This document shows positions 50,289-59,599 of a stretch of DNA of 64,000 nucleotides, piece after piece. The notes beneath the pieces were generated by a model, which was not told the DNA's origin, searched no databases, and worked only from the letters and a program-made list of their open reading frames with translations. Position numbers and translations under genes: made by a program. The stretch comes from Planctomycetota bacterium (GTDB taxonomy: Bacteria > Planctomycetota > UBA1135 > UBA2386): assembly GCA_046290465.1 (NCBI GenBank), contig JBKAGP010000001.1, positions 1,824,001 to 1,888,000 on the forward strand, read 5' to 3'. Position 1 is the first letter of the stretch. Each line of letters opens with the position of its first letter.

Positions 50289-50378
50289 GGCGGTACCACA
50301 GCCGGCGCGCACCGCGAGGTCAAGCCGGCCGAACGGCTCGCCGTTGTGCCGCTGGGCCGACGGGCTATGGTCGCGCGC

Positions 50379-51167
50379 ATGCCAGTCGTCGAGCGCCACG
50401 GCCGCCAGATCCACCACTCCCGCGACGGCGACGGACCGGGCATCGTGCTCGTGCCGGGCCTCGGCTCCGGCGCGCGGCTGTTCGGCACGCTGCCGCGACG
50501 GTTCGTGCGCAACGGCTTCACCTGCGCCGCGATCGACCCGGTCGGCCTGGAGCCGTCGAGCCCGCTGCCCGGCGGCGTCTACGACTTCCCCCAGGCCGCA
50601 CACGACGTGCTGGCGGTCGCCGCGACGTTGCCGCCGCCGGTCACGCTGGTGGGCACGTCGCTCGGTGGCAAGGTCGCGCTGTGCGCCGCCGCGATGCAGA
50701 GCGAGCACGCCCACAAGCTGGTGATGCTGTGCAGCTCCGCGCTGCAGACCGCGCGCAGCAAGCGCGTCTACCGCTGGTTCGAGCTCTTGTGCACCGAGAT
50801 CGACGGCCGGCACCTCGGCGAACTGACCGCGCCGTTCCTGTTCGGCGAGACGTTCCTCAACGAGAAGTCCGGCGTCGTCGACGACATCATCCGCAGCACC
50901 CGACCGAGCACCGAGTCGCGCGCGTTCATGCAGGCGCAGGCGCGCGCGCTGCAGGCCTTCGACGGCGCGGCGCTGTGCGCGAAGGTCACGGTGCCGACGC
51001 TGTGCCTGGCCGGCGCCGAGGACACGCTGACGCTGCCGCGTGAGGTCGAGGCCACCGTGGCGCTGCTGCCCGATGCCGAGCACGAGCGCTTCGAGCACGC
51101 CGGCCACAGCCTGCTGCTCGAGAGCGCCGCGGCGTTCGAACGGGTGGCCGCGTTCGCCCGCGCCTGA
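50379..51167 (+). CDS. Alpha/beta hydrolase
   Basis: IVLVPGLG, LVGTSLGG, PTLCLAGAED, AGHSL. Confidence 0.9.
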   Translation: MPVVERHGRQIHHSRDGDGPGIVLVPGLGSGARLFGTLPRRFVRNGFTCAAIDPVGLEPSSPLPGGVYDFPQAAHDVLAVAATLPPPVTLVGTSLGGKVALCAAAMQSEHAHKLVMLCSSALQTARSKRVYRWFELLCTEIDGRHLGELTAPFLFGETFLNEKSGVVDDIIRSTRPSTESRAFMQAQARALQAFDGAALCAKVTVPTLCLAGAEDTLTLPREVEATVALLPDAEHERFEHAGHSLLLESAAAFERVAAFARA

Positions 51168-51233
51168 GCCGCCTTCACCGAAACCCCATGCGGGGTTCAC
51201 CGGGGATCGCCGTGGGCGCGCACGCTCGCGCAC

Positions 51234-52499
51234 TTGGCCCAGCACCGACTCGTCCCCACGGCGATCGCGACCGCCGCCGCGTTCGGCACCTACTTCGCGA
51301 TGTACGGCTTCCGCAAGCCGTTCACCGCCGCCACCTACGACGGCGAGACGGTGTTCGGTGCCGACCTCAAGACCGTGCTGGTGACCGCGCAGGTGCTCGG
51401 CTACACGGTCTCCAAGTTCGTCGGCATCCGGGTCGTCTCGCAGCTGCCCGCACCGCGTCGCGCGACCTGCCTGCTGCTGCTGGTCGGCTTTGCCGAACTG
51501 GCGCTGCTCGGCTTCGCGCTGGTGCCGGCGCCGTGGAACGCGCTGTGCCTGTTCGCCAACGGCCTGCCGCTCGGCATGGTGTTCGGCCTGGTGCTCGGGT
51601 TCCTCGAGGGCCGCCGCCTGACCGAGGCGATGACCGCCGGTCTGTGCGCCAGCTTCATCCTCGCCAGCGGCGTGGTGAAGTCGGTCGGCGCCTTGCTGCT
51701 GGCGCAGGGCGTGCCTGAGGCATGGATGCCGGTCGCGGCCGGCGCGGTGTTCGCGCTGCCGCTGGTCGGCTGCGTGCTGCTGCTCGAACGGGTCCCGCCG
51801 CCCGACGCGGCCGACGTCGCGGCCCGCCGCGAACGCGCGCCGATGACCGCCGCCGACCGCCGACGGTTCTTCCGCCGGCACGGCATCGGCCTGTCGCTGC
51901 TGGTGTTCGCCTACCTGCTGCTGACCGTGCTGCGCAGCCTGCGCGACGACTTCGCGCCGGAGCTGTGGCGCGCGCTCGGACGGGACGCGGTGCCGGCGGA
52001 GTTCGCCCAGACGGAACTGCTGGTCGCCGGCGCCGTGCTGGCCGCCACCGCCGCCACCGTGTTCGTGCGCGACAACCGCCGCGCGTTCGCCGCCGCGATC
52101 GGCACCGCGACGCTCGGCCTGCTGGCGGTCGCCGGGCTGCTGTCGTTCGACGGCCTCGACCGTGCGCCGTTCGCCTACATGACCCTGCTCGGGGTCGGCC
52201 TGTACGTGCCGTACGTGGTCGTGCACACGACCGTGTTCGAACGGCTGGTCGCGATGACCGACGACAAGGGCAACCTCGGCTTCCTGATGTACCTGGCCGA
52301 CGCGTTCGGCTACCTCGGCTACGTCGGCGTCATGTTCGGCGGCGCCACGCTGCGCGGCGACGGCGACCTGCTGCCGCGCTTCGAGGCGATCGCGTGGACC
52401 GTGGTGGTCGCCGGCATCGCATCGTTCGTGCTCGGCGGTGCCTGGCTGCTGTGGCGCACCGGCGGCGATCGCGCCGGTTGGCGCGCGCGGCGCGGCTAG
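51234..52499 (+). CDS. DUF5690 family MFS-like membrane protein (phosphonate-cluster associated)
   Basis: YFAMYGFRKPF, QVLGY..SKF.GI, LEGRR.TE, SFILASG..KS, RDDFAPE, FERL, GN.GFLMYLADAFGYLG. Confidence 0.85.
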   Translation: MAQHRLVPTAIATAAAFGTYFAMYGFRKPFTAATYDGETVFGADLKTVLVTAQVLGYTVSKFVGIRVVSQLPAPRRATCLLLLVGFAELALLGFALVPAPWNALCLFANGLPLGMVFGLVLGFLEGRRLTEAMTAGLCASFILASGVVKSVGALLLAQGVPEAWMPVAAGAVFALPLVGCVLLLERVPPPDAADVAARRERAPMTAADRRRFFRRHGIGLSLLVFAYLLLTVLRSLRDDFAPELWRALGRDAVPAEFAQTELLVAGAVLAATAATVFVRDNRRAFAAAIGTATLGLLAVAGLLSFDGLDRAPFAYMTLLGVGLYVPYVVVHTTVFERLVAMTDDKGNLGFLMYLADAFGYLGYVGVMFGGATLRGDGDLLPRFEAIAWTVVVAGIASFVLGGAWLLWRTGGDRAGWRARRG

Positions 52500-53074
52500 T
52501 CCCGATCGACGAGGCAGGTCGCCGCGACCTTCAGGAAGTGCGAGAGCGGCGGTGTCCAGCGGTTGGGCTGCTTGCCGGCGTCGTCCCAGCGCCGCACCCG
52601 GATCGCCGAGGCGGCGTGCGGGCGCCGGCCGAACGCGGTCGCCTCGGCCGGATCCATCGGGCCGCCCTGCAACCGCAGCGTCGCCTGCGACTGTGGCGAC
52701 AGGTCTCGGTGGTAGACCGGGTCGACGTGGCACAGGTAGCGCTTGGCCTGCACGTGCAGCGCGATCGGGCGGGTGACCTCGTCACCGAACCAGGCGCCGA
52801 GGTAGCTGGCGCCGATCGCTTCGTGGCGATCGTCGACACCGTCGTCGAACGCCTGCTGCGCATCGCGATGCAGCAGGTGGCCGACGTCGTGCAGCAAGGC
52901 CGCGGTGACCAGCGCGTCCGAGGCCTCCTCCTGCTCTGCCAGCGCGGCGCACTGCAGCGCGTGCTGCAGCTGCGTGACCGACTCGCCGTAGACGTGACGA
53001 CCGCGGCGATCGAACAGCTCGGCCAGCATCCGCAACCGCCCTTCCTGCAACTCCAACCCGTATGCCTTGCTCAT
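52496..53074 (-). CDS. phnZ: HD-domain phosphonate-cleaving oxygenase, PhnZ/TmpB-like
   Basis: YGESVTQLQHALQCA, ALLHDVGH, HE..GA, LHVQAKRYL, LS..S..TL.LQGGPM, RRWDDAGK. Confidence 0.88.
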   Translation of the reverse strand: MSKAYGLELQEGRLRMLAELFDRRGRHVYGESVTQLQHALQCAALAEQEEASDALVTAALLHDVGHLLHRDAQQAFDDGVDDRHEAIGASYLGAWFGDEVTRPIALHVQAKRYLCHVDPVYHRDLSPQSQATLRLQGGPMDPAEATAFGRRPHAASAIRVRRWDDAGKQPNRWTPPLSHFLKVAATCLVDRD

Positions 53075-54222
53075 CGACTCCCCCACCGCTTCAGGGCCTG
53101 CTCACTCAGGGTCTGCTCACCAAGGGCCAGCGAACGCGTCATCCCGGACCCGCCCACTCCGGTCACCACCTCGACACCTGGCATCGGACGGGCGCGGAAG
53201 ACCGACTCGCCGCCGCACCGCCTGGCGTAGCTGCCCGACCAGCGCCGCGCGACCCGCGCGTCGGCCGGCCGGAAGAACGTCGACAGGTAGTCGAGGATCA
53301 GCCGCTCGGTCTCGACGTCGAGGCCGGGCGCGAACGGTGGCTGGTAGTCGTGCGAGTCGCCGATGATCAGGCGGCCGTCGTCGCCCTGCGACACCATCAC
53401 GTGGATGCCGCGCGCACGGTGTGCGGCGAACTCCGCGTCGATCCGCTGGCGCAGCGCCGGCAGCGACGCGCAGTTCGCGAACGCGTCGTAGTGCAGCAGC
53501 GTCAGCCCCGCGGCGAGCATCGGCCCGAGGTCGAAGCCGTGCTGCGGCGGCGCCAGCGAAGCCATCTGCAGCTTGCAGCGGACCAGGTCCGACGACGCGT
53601 AGACGTCGGGCAGCAGCGACGCGAAGTCGTCGCCGGTGCAGATCACGATCCGTTCGGCCTGCAGCGACGCTCCGTCGGCGAACGTCGCACGATGCGGTTC
53701 GACCGCGACCACCGGGCGTTGGTAGTGCACCGCCACGCCCTGCCGCAGCAGCCACGCATGCATCGAGCGCACCGCCACCCCCGGGTCGACGTTGGCCTCG
53801 TGCGGGCTGAACAGCGCGCCGCGCAGACCGTCTTCGACCACTGCCGGCTGCAGCGCGCCCACCTCCTCGGGCGTCAGCAGTTGCAGCCCGGGCAGCTGGC
53901 CCTGCTCGGCGAACTCCTCCAGCACGCGCCACTCGTCGTCGTGGTAGGCGAGGTGCAGCGAGCCGCTGGCCCGGCAGCGGAAGCCCGCCTCGTCGGCCAG
54001 CTCGCCCCACAGCACCCGGCTGCGCATCGCCACGTCGAGGTCCGGCCCGGCCGGCTGGCCGATCGGCCACACCATGCCGAAGTTGCGCACCGACGCGCCG
54101 CGCGCCACGGCGTGGCGTTCGCAGAGCGTGACGGATCGCCCCGCACGCAGCGCGGCGATCGCGTGGCCGAGGCCGAGCACGCCACCGCCGACCACCAGCA
54201 CGTCGGTCGAGCGCTCAGCCAT
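53071..54222 (-). CDS. FAD-dependent oxidoreductase, TIGR03364-like (phosphonate-associated)
   Basis: VVGGGVLGLGHA, GASVRNFG..WP, CKLQM, GLTL.HY, IGDSH, GVGGSGMT. Confidence 0.9.
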   Translation of the reverse strand: MAERSTDVLVVGGGVLGLGHAIAALRAGRSVTLCERHAVARGASVRNFGMVWPIGQPAGPDLDVAMRSRVLWGELADEAGFRCRASGSLHLAYHDDEWRVLEEFAEQGQLPGLQLLTPEEVGALQPAVVEDGLRGALFSPHEANVDPGVAVRSMHAWLLRQGVAVHYQRPVVAVEPHRATFADGASLQAERIVICTGDDFASLLPDVYASSDLVRCKLQMASLAPPQHGFDLGPMLAAGLTLLHYDAFANCASLPALRQRIDAEFAAHRARGIHVMVSQGDDGRLIIGDSHDYQPPFAPGLDVETERLILDYLSTFFRPADARVARRWSGSYARRCGGESVFRARPMPGVEVVTGVGGSGMTRSLALGEQTLSEQALKRWGSR

Positions 54223-54883
54223 CCTGCAGCACCACCTCGGGCAAACCGCAGAGGTCCGGCATCAGGTGCGTGTGCGGATGCGGCCGCAGTTCGTCGAGCG
54301 TGTGCGTGCCGCAGCCGAGGCCGACGATCAGCGCCAGCCCGGCGGCCTTGCCGGCCAGCAGGTCGGCCGGCGTGTCGCCGGCACAGCCGACGCGCAGCGG
54401 GTCCGTGACCCCGCTCTTCGCCATCGCCGCCCGCAGCAGGTCGGGAGCCGGGCGGCCCGCGTCGACCTCGTCGGACGCGACGCTCGGCCAGCGCCCGAAC
54501 GACATCGACGCGAGCACGATGTCCATCGTCTTGCGCGAGAAGCCGGTGTTGAACGCGATCTGCACGCCGGCCTCGTCGAGCGTGGCCAGCGTCGCCAGCG
54601 CGCCCGCCGTCGGCCGCAGCGGTTCACGCTCGACCAGCGCAGCGAACTCGATCTCGAAGCGCTGCGCCATCGCCGGCGCCGGCGACGGATCGCGGCCGTC
54701 CTCCTCCAGCAGCGTCGCGAACACCCGCTCTTTGTGCCAGCCCATGCGCGGCTGCAGCGCCGCCGGCTCGACCTCGAGGTCGAACGCAGCGGCGGCGCGG
54801 AGGAACGAGCGCAGGACGTGGTCGTCGTCGACGACGACGGTACCCGCGAGATCGAACACGAACAGATCGACGCGACGTGCCAT
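54215..54883 (-). CDS. HAD-family phosphonatase-like hydrolase (PhnX-like)
   Basis: FDLAGTVV, MGWHK, NTGF, GRPAPD, GDTPADL. Confidence 0.87.
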   Translation of the reverse strand: MARRVDLFVFDLAGTVVVDDDHVLRSFLRAAAAFDLEVEPAALQPRMGWHKERVFATLLEEDGRDPSPAPAMAQRFEIEFAALVEREPLRPTAGALATLATLDEAGVQIAFNTGFSRKTMDIVLASMSFGRWPSVASDEVDAGRPAPDLLRAAMAKSGVTDPLRVGCAGDTPADLLAGKAAGLALIVGLGCGTHTLDELRPHPHTHLMPDLCGLPEVVLQDG

Positions 54884-54980
54884 GGAACACAGCGTGTATA
54901 GCACGACGATTGTTTGGGTTGCGTGAACGGACCGCGAAGTCCGCCGCATCCCGTCGACGACGCGCGGCGAAGCCTCGCGC

Positions 54981-55724
54981 ATGAGCGACCTCGCCGATCA
55001 GGGAGTCTTCGTCGTGCTCGGCGCCACCGGCGCCGTCGGCCAGCAGGTCGCGCGCCTGCTGCGCGGACGCGGCGCCGACGTCGCGCTGCTGGCGCGCGAC
55101 GAGACCCGCCTGGCCGAGCTGGGCGCCGAGCTGGAGGCGACCACCGTGCCGCTGCCCGGCGCCGCCGCGGCCGCAGTGCGCGACGCCCTGCTGGGTGCCT
55201 GCGAGGATCGCGAGATCGCCGGCGTGGCGCACTGCATCGGTTCGCTGCTGCTGAAGCCGGCCCGCCGCACCACCGTCGACGAGTGGCACGAGGTCCTCGA
55301 GACCAACCTGTCGTCGGCGTTCGGCGTCACCATGGCGGCGCCCGAACGCATGAAGGGCGGTGGCAGCGTGGTGTTCTGCAGTTCGGTGGCGGCGTCGCTC
55401 GGCCTCGCCAACCACGAGGCAATCGCGGCCGCGAAGGCCGGCCTGGTCGGCCTCGCGCGCGCCGCTGCAGCGTCGAACGCCCGGCGCGGGATCCGCTTCC
55501 ACTGCGTCGCGCCGGCGCTGGTCGAGAGCCAGATGACCGAGGCGATGCTCGCGCGCGAAGGCATGAAGGAGGCGGCGGCGAAGCAGAACCCCCTCGGCCG
55601 CATCGGCACGCCCGCCGACGTCGCGCGCGCGATCGTGTTCCTGCTCGACCCGGCCAACGACTGGATCGACGGCCAGGTGCTCGGCGTCGACGGCGGCTTC
55701 GGGGTGCTGCGCGGCATGGCCTGA
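54981..55724 (+). CDS. Short-chain dehydrogenase/reductase with atypical catalytic motif
   Basis: GATGAVG, CIGSLLLKP, NL, SS, HEAIAAAK in place of YxxxK, PLGRIG, VDGG. Confidence 0.9.
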   Translation: MSDLADQGVFVVLGATGAVGQQVARLLRGRGADVALLARDETRLAELGAELEATTVPLPGAAAAAVRDALLGACEDREIAGVAHCIGSLLLKPARRTTVDEWHEVLETNLSSAFGVTMAAPERMKGGGSVVFCSSVAASLGLANHEAIAAAKAGLVGLARAAAASNARRGIRFHCVAPALVESQMTEAMLAREGMKEAAAKQNPLGRIGTPADVARAIVFLLDPANDWIDGQVLGVDGGFGVLRGMA

Positions 55725-55777
55725 GCGAATGCGGCGCCGCCGTTGCCGCGGCGCGCACGAGCGCGTTCACTCTGCGC

Positions 55778-56497
55778 ATGCCGACCGACGACCGCCCCAC
55801 CATCGTGCTGTTGCCGGGCATGGACGGCACCCGTGTGCTCTACGGCCCGCTGGTGCGCGCGCTCGAGGCCGTCGCCGACGTGCACGTCGTCGAGTATCCG
55901 ACCGACGGTCCGTGCGACTACGACGCGGCGCTGCGGTGCGCGAACGACGCCGTCGCCCGACTCGACGACTGCCACGTCGTCGGCTGGTCGTTCTCGGGCC
56001 CGGTCGCGCTGCGCGTCGCCAGGGCGCAGCCCGACCGGGTGCGCTCGGTGACGCTGGTGGCGACGTTCGTGCAGGCGCCGATGCCGTGGCTGCGCTACGT
56101 CGGGCCGCTGCTGGTGACGCCGCTGGTCGGGGTCGCGCGCACGATCCGGAGGCTGCCGATCTGGCTTTGTCGGTCCCCCGACGACCCGCTGCGGCGCGAC
56201 AAGGCGGAGATCTGGCAGCGCGTCCGCGCGCGCACGCTGGCGGCCCGTTCGCGCGCGATCCGGCTGGTCGACGCGCGCCCCGACCTCGAGGCGGTGACCC
56301 AGCCGATCCAGTACCTGGTGTCGAGCCACGACCGGGTGGTGCCACCGCACAACCTGGCGCAGATCCGTTCGCTCCGCGCCGACGTCGAGGTGCTCTCCAT
56401 CGAAGGCAACCACTTCGCGCTCTACGCCAACGCGCAGGCCGGGGCCGCCGCGATCCTGGCGTTCGCACGGCGGCACCCCGCGGCCGGACCTTGCTGA
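55778..56497 (+). CDS. Alpha/beta hydrolase
   Basis: VLLPGMDGT, GWSFSG, DRVVP, GNHF. Confidence 0.87.
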   Translation: MPTDDRPTIVLLPGMDGTRVLYGPLVRALEAVADVHVVEYPTDGPCDYDAALRCANDAVARLDDCHVVGWSFSGPVALRVARAQPDRVRSVTLVATFVQAPMPWLRYVGPLLVTPLVGVARTIRRLPIWLCRSPDDPLRRDKAEIWQRVRARTLAARSRAIRLVDARPDLEAVTQPIQYLVSSHDRVVPPHNLAQIRSLRADVEVLSIEGNHFALYANAQAGAAAILAFARRHPAAGPC

Positions 56498-56504
56498 CCG
56501 CCGC

Positions 56505-56906
56505 TCAGCCGGCCTTCAGCTCCCCGAGGCCGAACATCCACAGCCCCGTGCCGGTCGCCGTCAGCACGCTGACCAGCCACAGGATCACGGCGACCCGGTG
56601 GTAGATGCGCGCCTTCTCGGAGCGCCACAGCCAGACACCGGTGACGACCACGGGCAGCACCAGCAGGCCGCCGGCCTTGGCGAACACCAGGTGGATGGCC
56701 AGTTCGTCGGGCGGGAACGTGTAGCTGCGCATCAGCCGTTCGGTCAGCACGATCGTGACGGCCAGCGACACGACGGTCGCCGGGCCGAGGAACAGGTGCG
56801 CCTTGCGCCTGCGCAGGAACCCGGTGCACAGCGCCGCGACCAGCAGCAGCACGGTAGTCACGAACGCGATCCAGAACGGCAGGGTCGGTGGCATCTCGGG
56901 ATGCAT
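56505..56906 (-). CDS. Small 4-TM membrane protein (DUF420-like)
   Basis: Four hydrophobic helices with His at the ends (KAH, AIH, YHR). Confidence 0.65.
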   Translation of the reverse strand: MHPEMPPTLPFWIAFVTTVLLLVAALCTGFLRRRKAHLFLGPATVVSLAVTIVLTERLMRSYTFPPDELAIHLVFAKAGGLLVLPVVVTGVWLWRSEKARIYHRVAVILWLVSVLTATGTGLWMFGLGELKAG

Positions 56907-57029
56907 GTTGCCGCCGCAGCGTCCGTGGTGGAAGCGCGCGACCCCGAAACCCCGGTGCCAGCGGCCGCTCCCGCTAAGCCCAGTTGCGTAGCAAGTTTGG
57001 GCAGCTCCGTCGCCGATCTGTCCGGTGGC

Positions 57030-57872
57030 ATGGAGCGCGACCTCACCGACAACGAGTTTCAGCGATACCACGATCTGATCTACAAGATCGCCGGCATCCA
57101 CTATCCAGCCGAGAAGCGGGAACTGCTGAGCAACCGCATCCGGAAGCGCATCCGCGCCATCAACGAGACCAGCTACGACGCGTACCTGATGCGCATCGGC
57201 CTCGCGACCGAGAAGCAGGAGCTGCAGGCGTTCCTCGACTCGATCACGACCAACGAGACCTACTTCTTCCGCTGCCAGCGCCACTGGGACTACTTCAAGT
57301 CGTGGCTCGAGGAGCGCAAGCAGGACCCGATGCTCAAGCGCCAGGGCCTGCGCATCTGGTCGGCCGCCGCGTCGAACGGCGCCGAGGCGTGCACGATGTT
57401 GATCGTGCTGCACCAGGTGTTCGGGGACGGCTTCGGCGGCATGCCGGTCGAGGTCTACGGTACCGACCTGTCGACGCAGATCCTCGACGAAGCGAAGAAG
57501 GCGACGTTCCGTCCCTACGCGCTGGCGCAGACGGCGCCCGACGTGGTCGCCAGGTACTTCACCAAGGACGACGGCAAGGACGAGTTCACGTTCGACCGTC
57601 GCCTGCTGCGCAACGTCCGGTTCGAGCAGCACAACCTGATGAACCGGCTGCCCCAGCCGGGTCTGTTCGACGCCGTGTTCGTCCGCAACGTGATGATCTA
57701 CTTCGACCAGCAGAGCCGCGAGAAGGTGCTCGACCACACCTTCCACGTGATGCGCCCCGGCGGCCTGCTGATCGTCGGCGAGTCCGAGAGCCTGCTCAGC
57801 GTGAAGCACGACTTCGACTACGTGAAGCCGTCGATCTTCACCAAGCCGAGCAAGGCCGCCGCCAACAGCTGA
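57030..57872 (+). CDS. cheR: CheR-type protein-glutamate O-methyltransferase
   Basis: ITTNETYFFR, RIWSAA.S.G.E, GTDLS, F..HNL, FD..FVRNVMIYFD, PGGLLIVGESE. Confidence 0.94.
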   Translation: MERDLTDNEFQRYHDLIYKIAGIHYPAEKRELLSNRIRKRIRAINETSYDAYLMRIGLATEKQELQAFLDSITTNETYFFRCQRHWDYFKSWLEERKQDPMLKRQGLRIWSAAASNGAEACTMLIVLHQVFGDGFGGMPVEVYGTDLSTQILDEAKKATFRPYALAQTAPDVVARYFTKDDGKDEFTFDRRLLRNVRFEQHNLMNRLPQPGLFDAVFVRNVMIYFDQQSREKVLDHTFHVMRPGGLLIVGESESLLSVKHDFDYVKPSIFTKPSKAAANS

Positions 57873-57954
57873 CCGCGGCCGCTCGAGGAGGCCCCGCTCG
57901 CCGCCGGCGGATCGCCGGTGCAACGGCCGCGACGTTCTCGTAGGCTGCCGGGGA

Positions 57955-58431
57955 ATGGCCAAGGTCCTGACCGAGAACACCTCGGGCGCCGGCCGACGCA
58001 TCGGCGTCGCGGTGGCCCGCTTCAACGAAGTCGTCACCGAGCGCATGCTCGAGGGCGCGCTCGCCACGCTCGCCGAGCAGGGGGTCGCCGCCGACGACGT
58101 CACCGTGACCTGGGTGCCCGGCGCATTCGAGCTGCCGAGCGCGTGCCGCTGGCTGGCACAGAACGGCTGCGACGCGGTGGTCATGCTCGGCGCGATCGTC
58201 AAGGGCGGCACCGACCACTACGACTACGTCTGCAGCGGCGTCACCGATGGCGCGATGCGCGTGCAGCTCGACCTCGACGTGCCGATCGGCTTCGGGGTGC
58301 TGACCTGCGCCGACATGGAACTGGCGCTGGCGCGGGCCGGAGGCGACCACGGCAACAAGGGCAGCGACGCAGCCATGGCCGCGCTGGCGATGTGCAACCT
58401 GCGCCGGCAGCTCGCCGACCGCGACGCCTAG
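57955..58431 (+). CDS. ribH: 6,7-dimethyl-8-ribityllumazine synthase
   Basis: VARFNE.VT..ML.GA, VPGAFELP, G.T.HYDYV, FGVLT, GNKG. Confidence 0.97.
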   Translation: MAKVLTENTSGAGRRIGVAVARFNEVVTERMLEGALATLAEQGVAADDVTVTWVPGAFELPSACRWLAQNGCDAVVMLGAIVKGGTDHYDYVCSGVTDGAMRVQLDLDVPIGFGVLTCADMELALARAGGDHGNKGSDAAMAALAMCNLRRQLADRDA

Positions 58432-58595
58432 GAGCGCGTCCATGTAGTGGACGCGCTGCCAACCGGGATCGCGGAAGCGGCGTGTACGCCTCGGACGGGG
58501 CTTTGCCCGCTAGGAGCGCGTCCATGGAGTGGACGCGCTGCCAACCGGGATCGCGGAAGCGGCGTGTACGCCTCGGACGGGGCTTTGCCCGCCAG
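58428..58595 (-). repeat. Two tandem 82-bp copies of the CTAG-bounded repeat, reverse orientation
   Basis: CTAG 58428, CTAG 58510, CCAG 58592; the two units are nearly identical. Confidence 0.93.
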
Positions 58596-58679
58596 CCGAT
58601 CCGCGCGTGGACGAACCCGGATCCATGCGGTAGGCTGTTCGCCCCGACGCGGAGCCCCGACTCCGCCACGCTCCTTGTC

Positions 58680-59234
58680 ATGACCGCCCCCATCCGTCGC
58701 CGTACGCGCGCCCGCGAGATCGCCATGCAGGCGCTGTTCCAGTTCGACCTGCGCGGACGCGAATATGCGGCCGACGACTTCACGGCCACCCCGGGCGGCG
58801 TGCTGGATGCGATGTGCCGCGCCGAGCTGCGCAGCCGCCAGGTCGAGGGCGAGGAGCACGAGGTCGACCCGCTCGACGATCCGGACCGCAAGCTCAACGG
58901 CGCCGAGCGCGAGATCCTGCAGTTCGCGACGCGGCTGGTCGAAGGCACGCTGCAGCACCGCGACGAGATCGACCAGCGGCTGCAGGCGGTGACCCGCAAC
59001 TGGGACCTGCGTCGCATGGCGATCGTCGACCGCAACGTGCTGCGCATGGCGGTCTACGAGTTGATGTGGTGCGACGATGTGCCGCCGAAGGTCGCCATCA
59101 ACGAGGCGATCGAGATCGGCAAGAAGTTCTCGACGGCCAACTCCGGCGGCTTCGTCAACGGCATCCTCGACCGCATCCGCATCGACCACGAGCGCGGCGC
59201 GGCCGACGGCGCGGCCGACGCCAACAACGGCTGA
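58680..59234 (+). CDS. nusB: Transcription antitermination factor NusB
   Basis: RTRAREIAMQALFQ, W.L.RM..VDRNVLR, VAINEAIEIGK.F, FVNGILD; follows ribH. Confidence 0.96.
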   Translation: MTAPIRRRTRAREIAMQALFQFDLRGREYAADDFTATPGGVLDAMCRAELRSRQVEGEEHEVDPLDDPDRKLNGAEREILQFATRLVEGTLQHRDEIDQRLQAVTRNWDLRRMAIVDRNVLRMAVYELMWCDDVPPKVAINEAIEIGKKFSTANSGGFVNGILDRIRIDHERGAADGAADANNG

Positions 59235-59256
59235 GCTGTCGGGCCGGCGCGGGAGC

Positions 59257-59352
59257 GACGGCGCCCCGACGCCGCCGTTCGCCGGCTTCGCCGGCCTGCC
59301 GTGGGCGTTCGTGTTCACCAACGCCTTCAAGGGCACCGTCGGCTCGATCTGA
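59257..59352 (+). pseudogene. Remnant 3' end (31 codons plus stop) of a paralog of the gene at 59600-61405
   Basis: 86/96 nt identical to 61310-61405 by manual alignment; encodes DGAPTPPFAGFAGLPWAFVFTNAFKGTVGSI*; no start codon. Confidence 0.85.
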
Positions 59353-59599
59353 TCCACCGACGCGCGGACGTCGCCGCACCGGCGGCGTCCGCGGCAACCA
59401 CGGCGCGGTGCACGCGCCGTTCCGGCGAGATCGCAGCGCGCCCGAACGGGCGCTGCCAACGAGGCTTGGCGGCCTCCGGGCGAGACTCCGGCAAACCACC
59501 GATCGACAGATCGTTGTGCGCGCCTAGGATGGCGTTCGGTCGAGCTGGTGCGCCCGCGCGCCGTTGCGACCGGCTCGCCACGTCCCTCGCCACATCGCC

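Noticed and set aside
53091..53125. Short direct repeat TCAGGG(C/T)CTGCTCAC
   Set aside because: 15-bp in-frame duplication at the oxidoreductase C-terminus (EQTLS/EQALK); no sign of function
58428..58595. CRISPR array
   Set aside because: Units are near-identical over their whole 82 bp with no unique spacers; no cas genes
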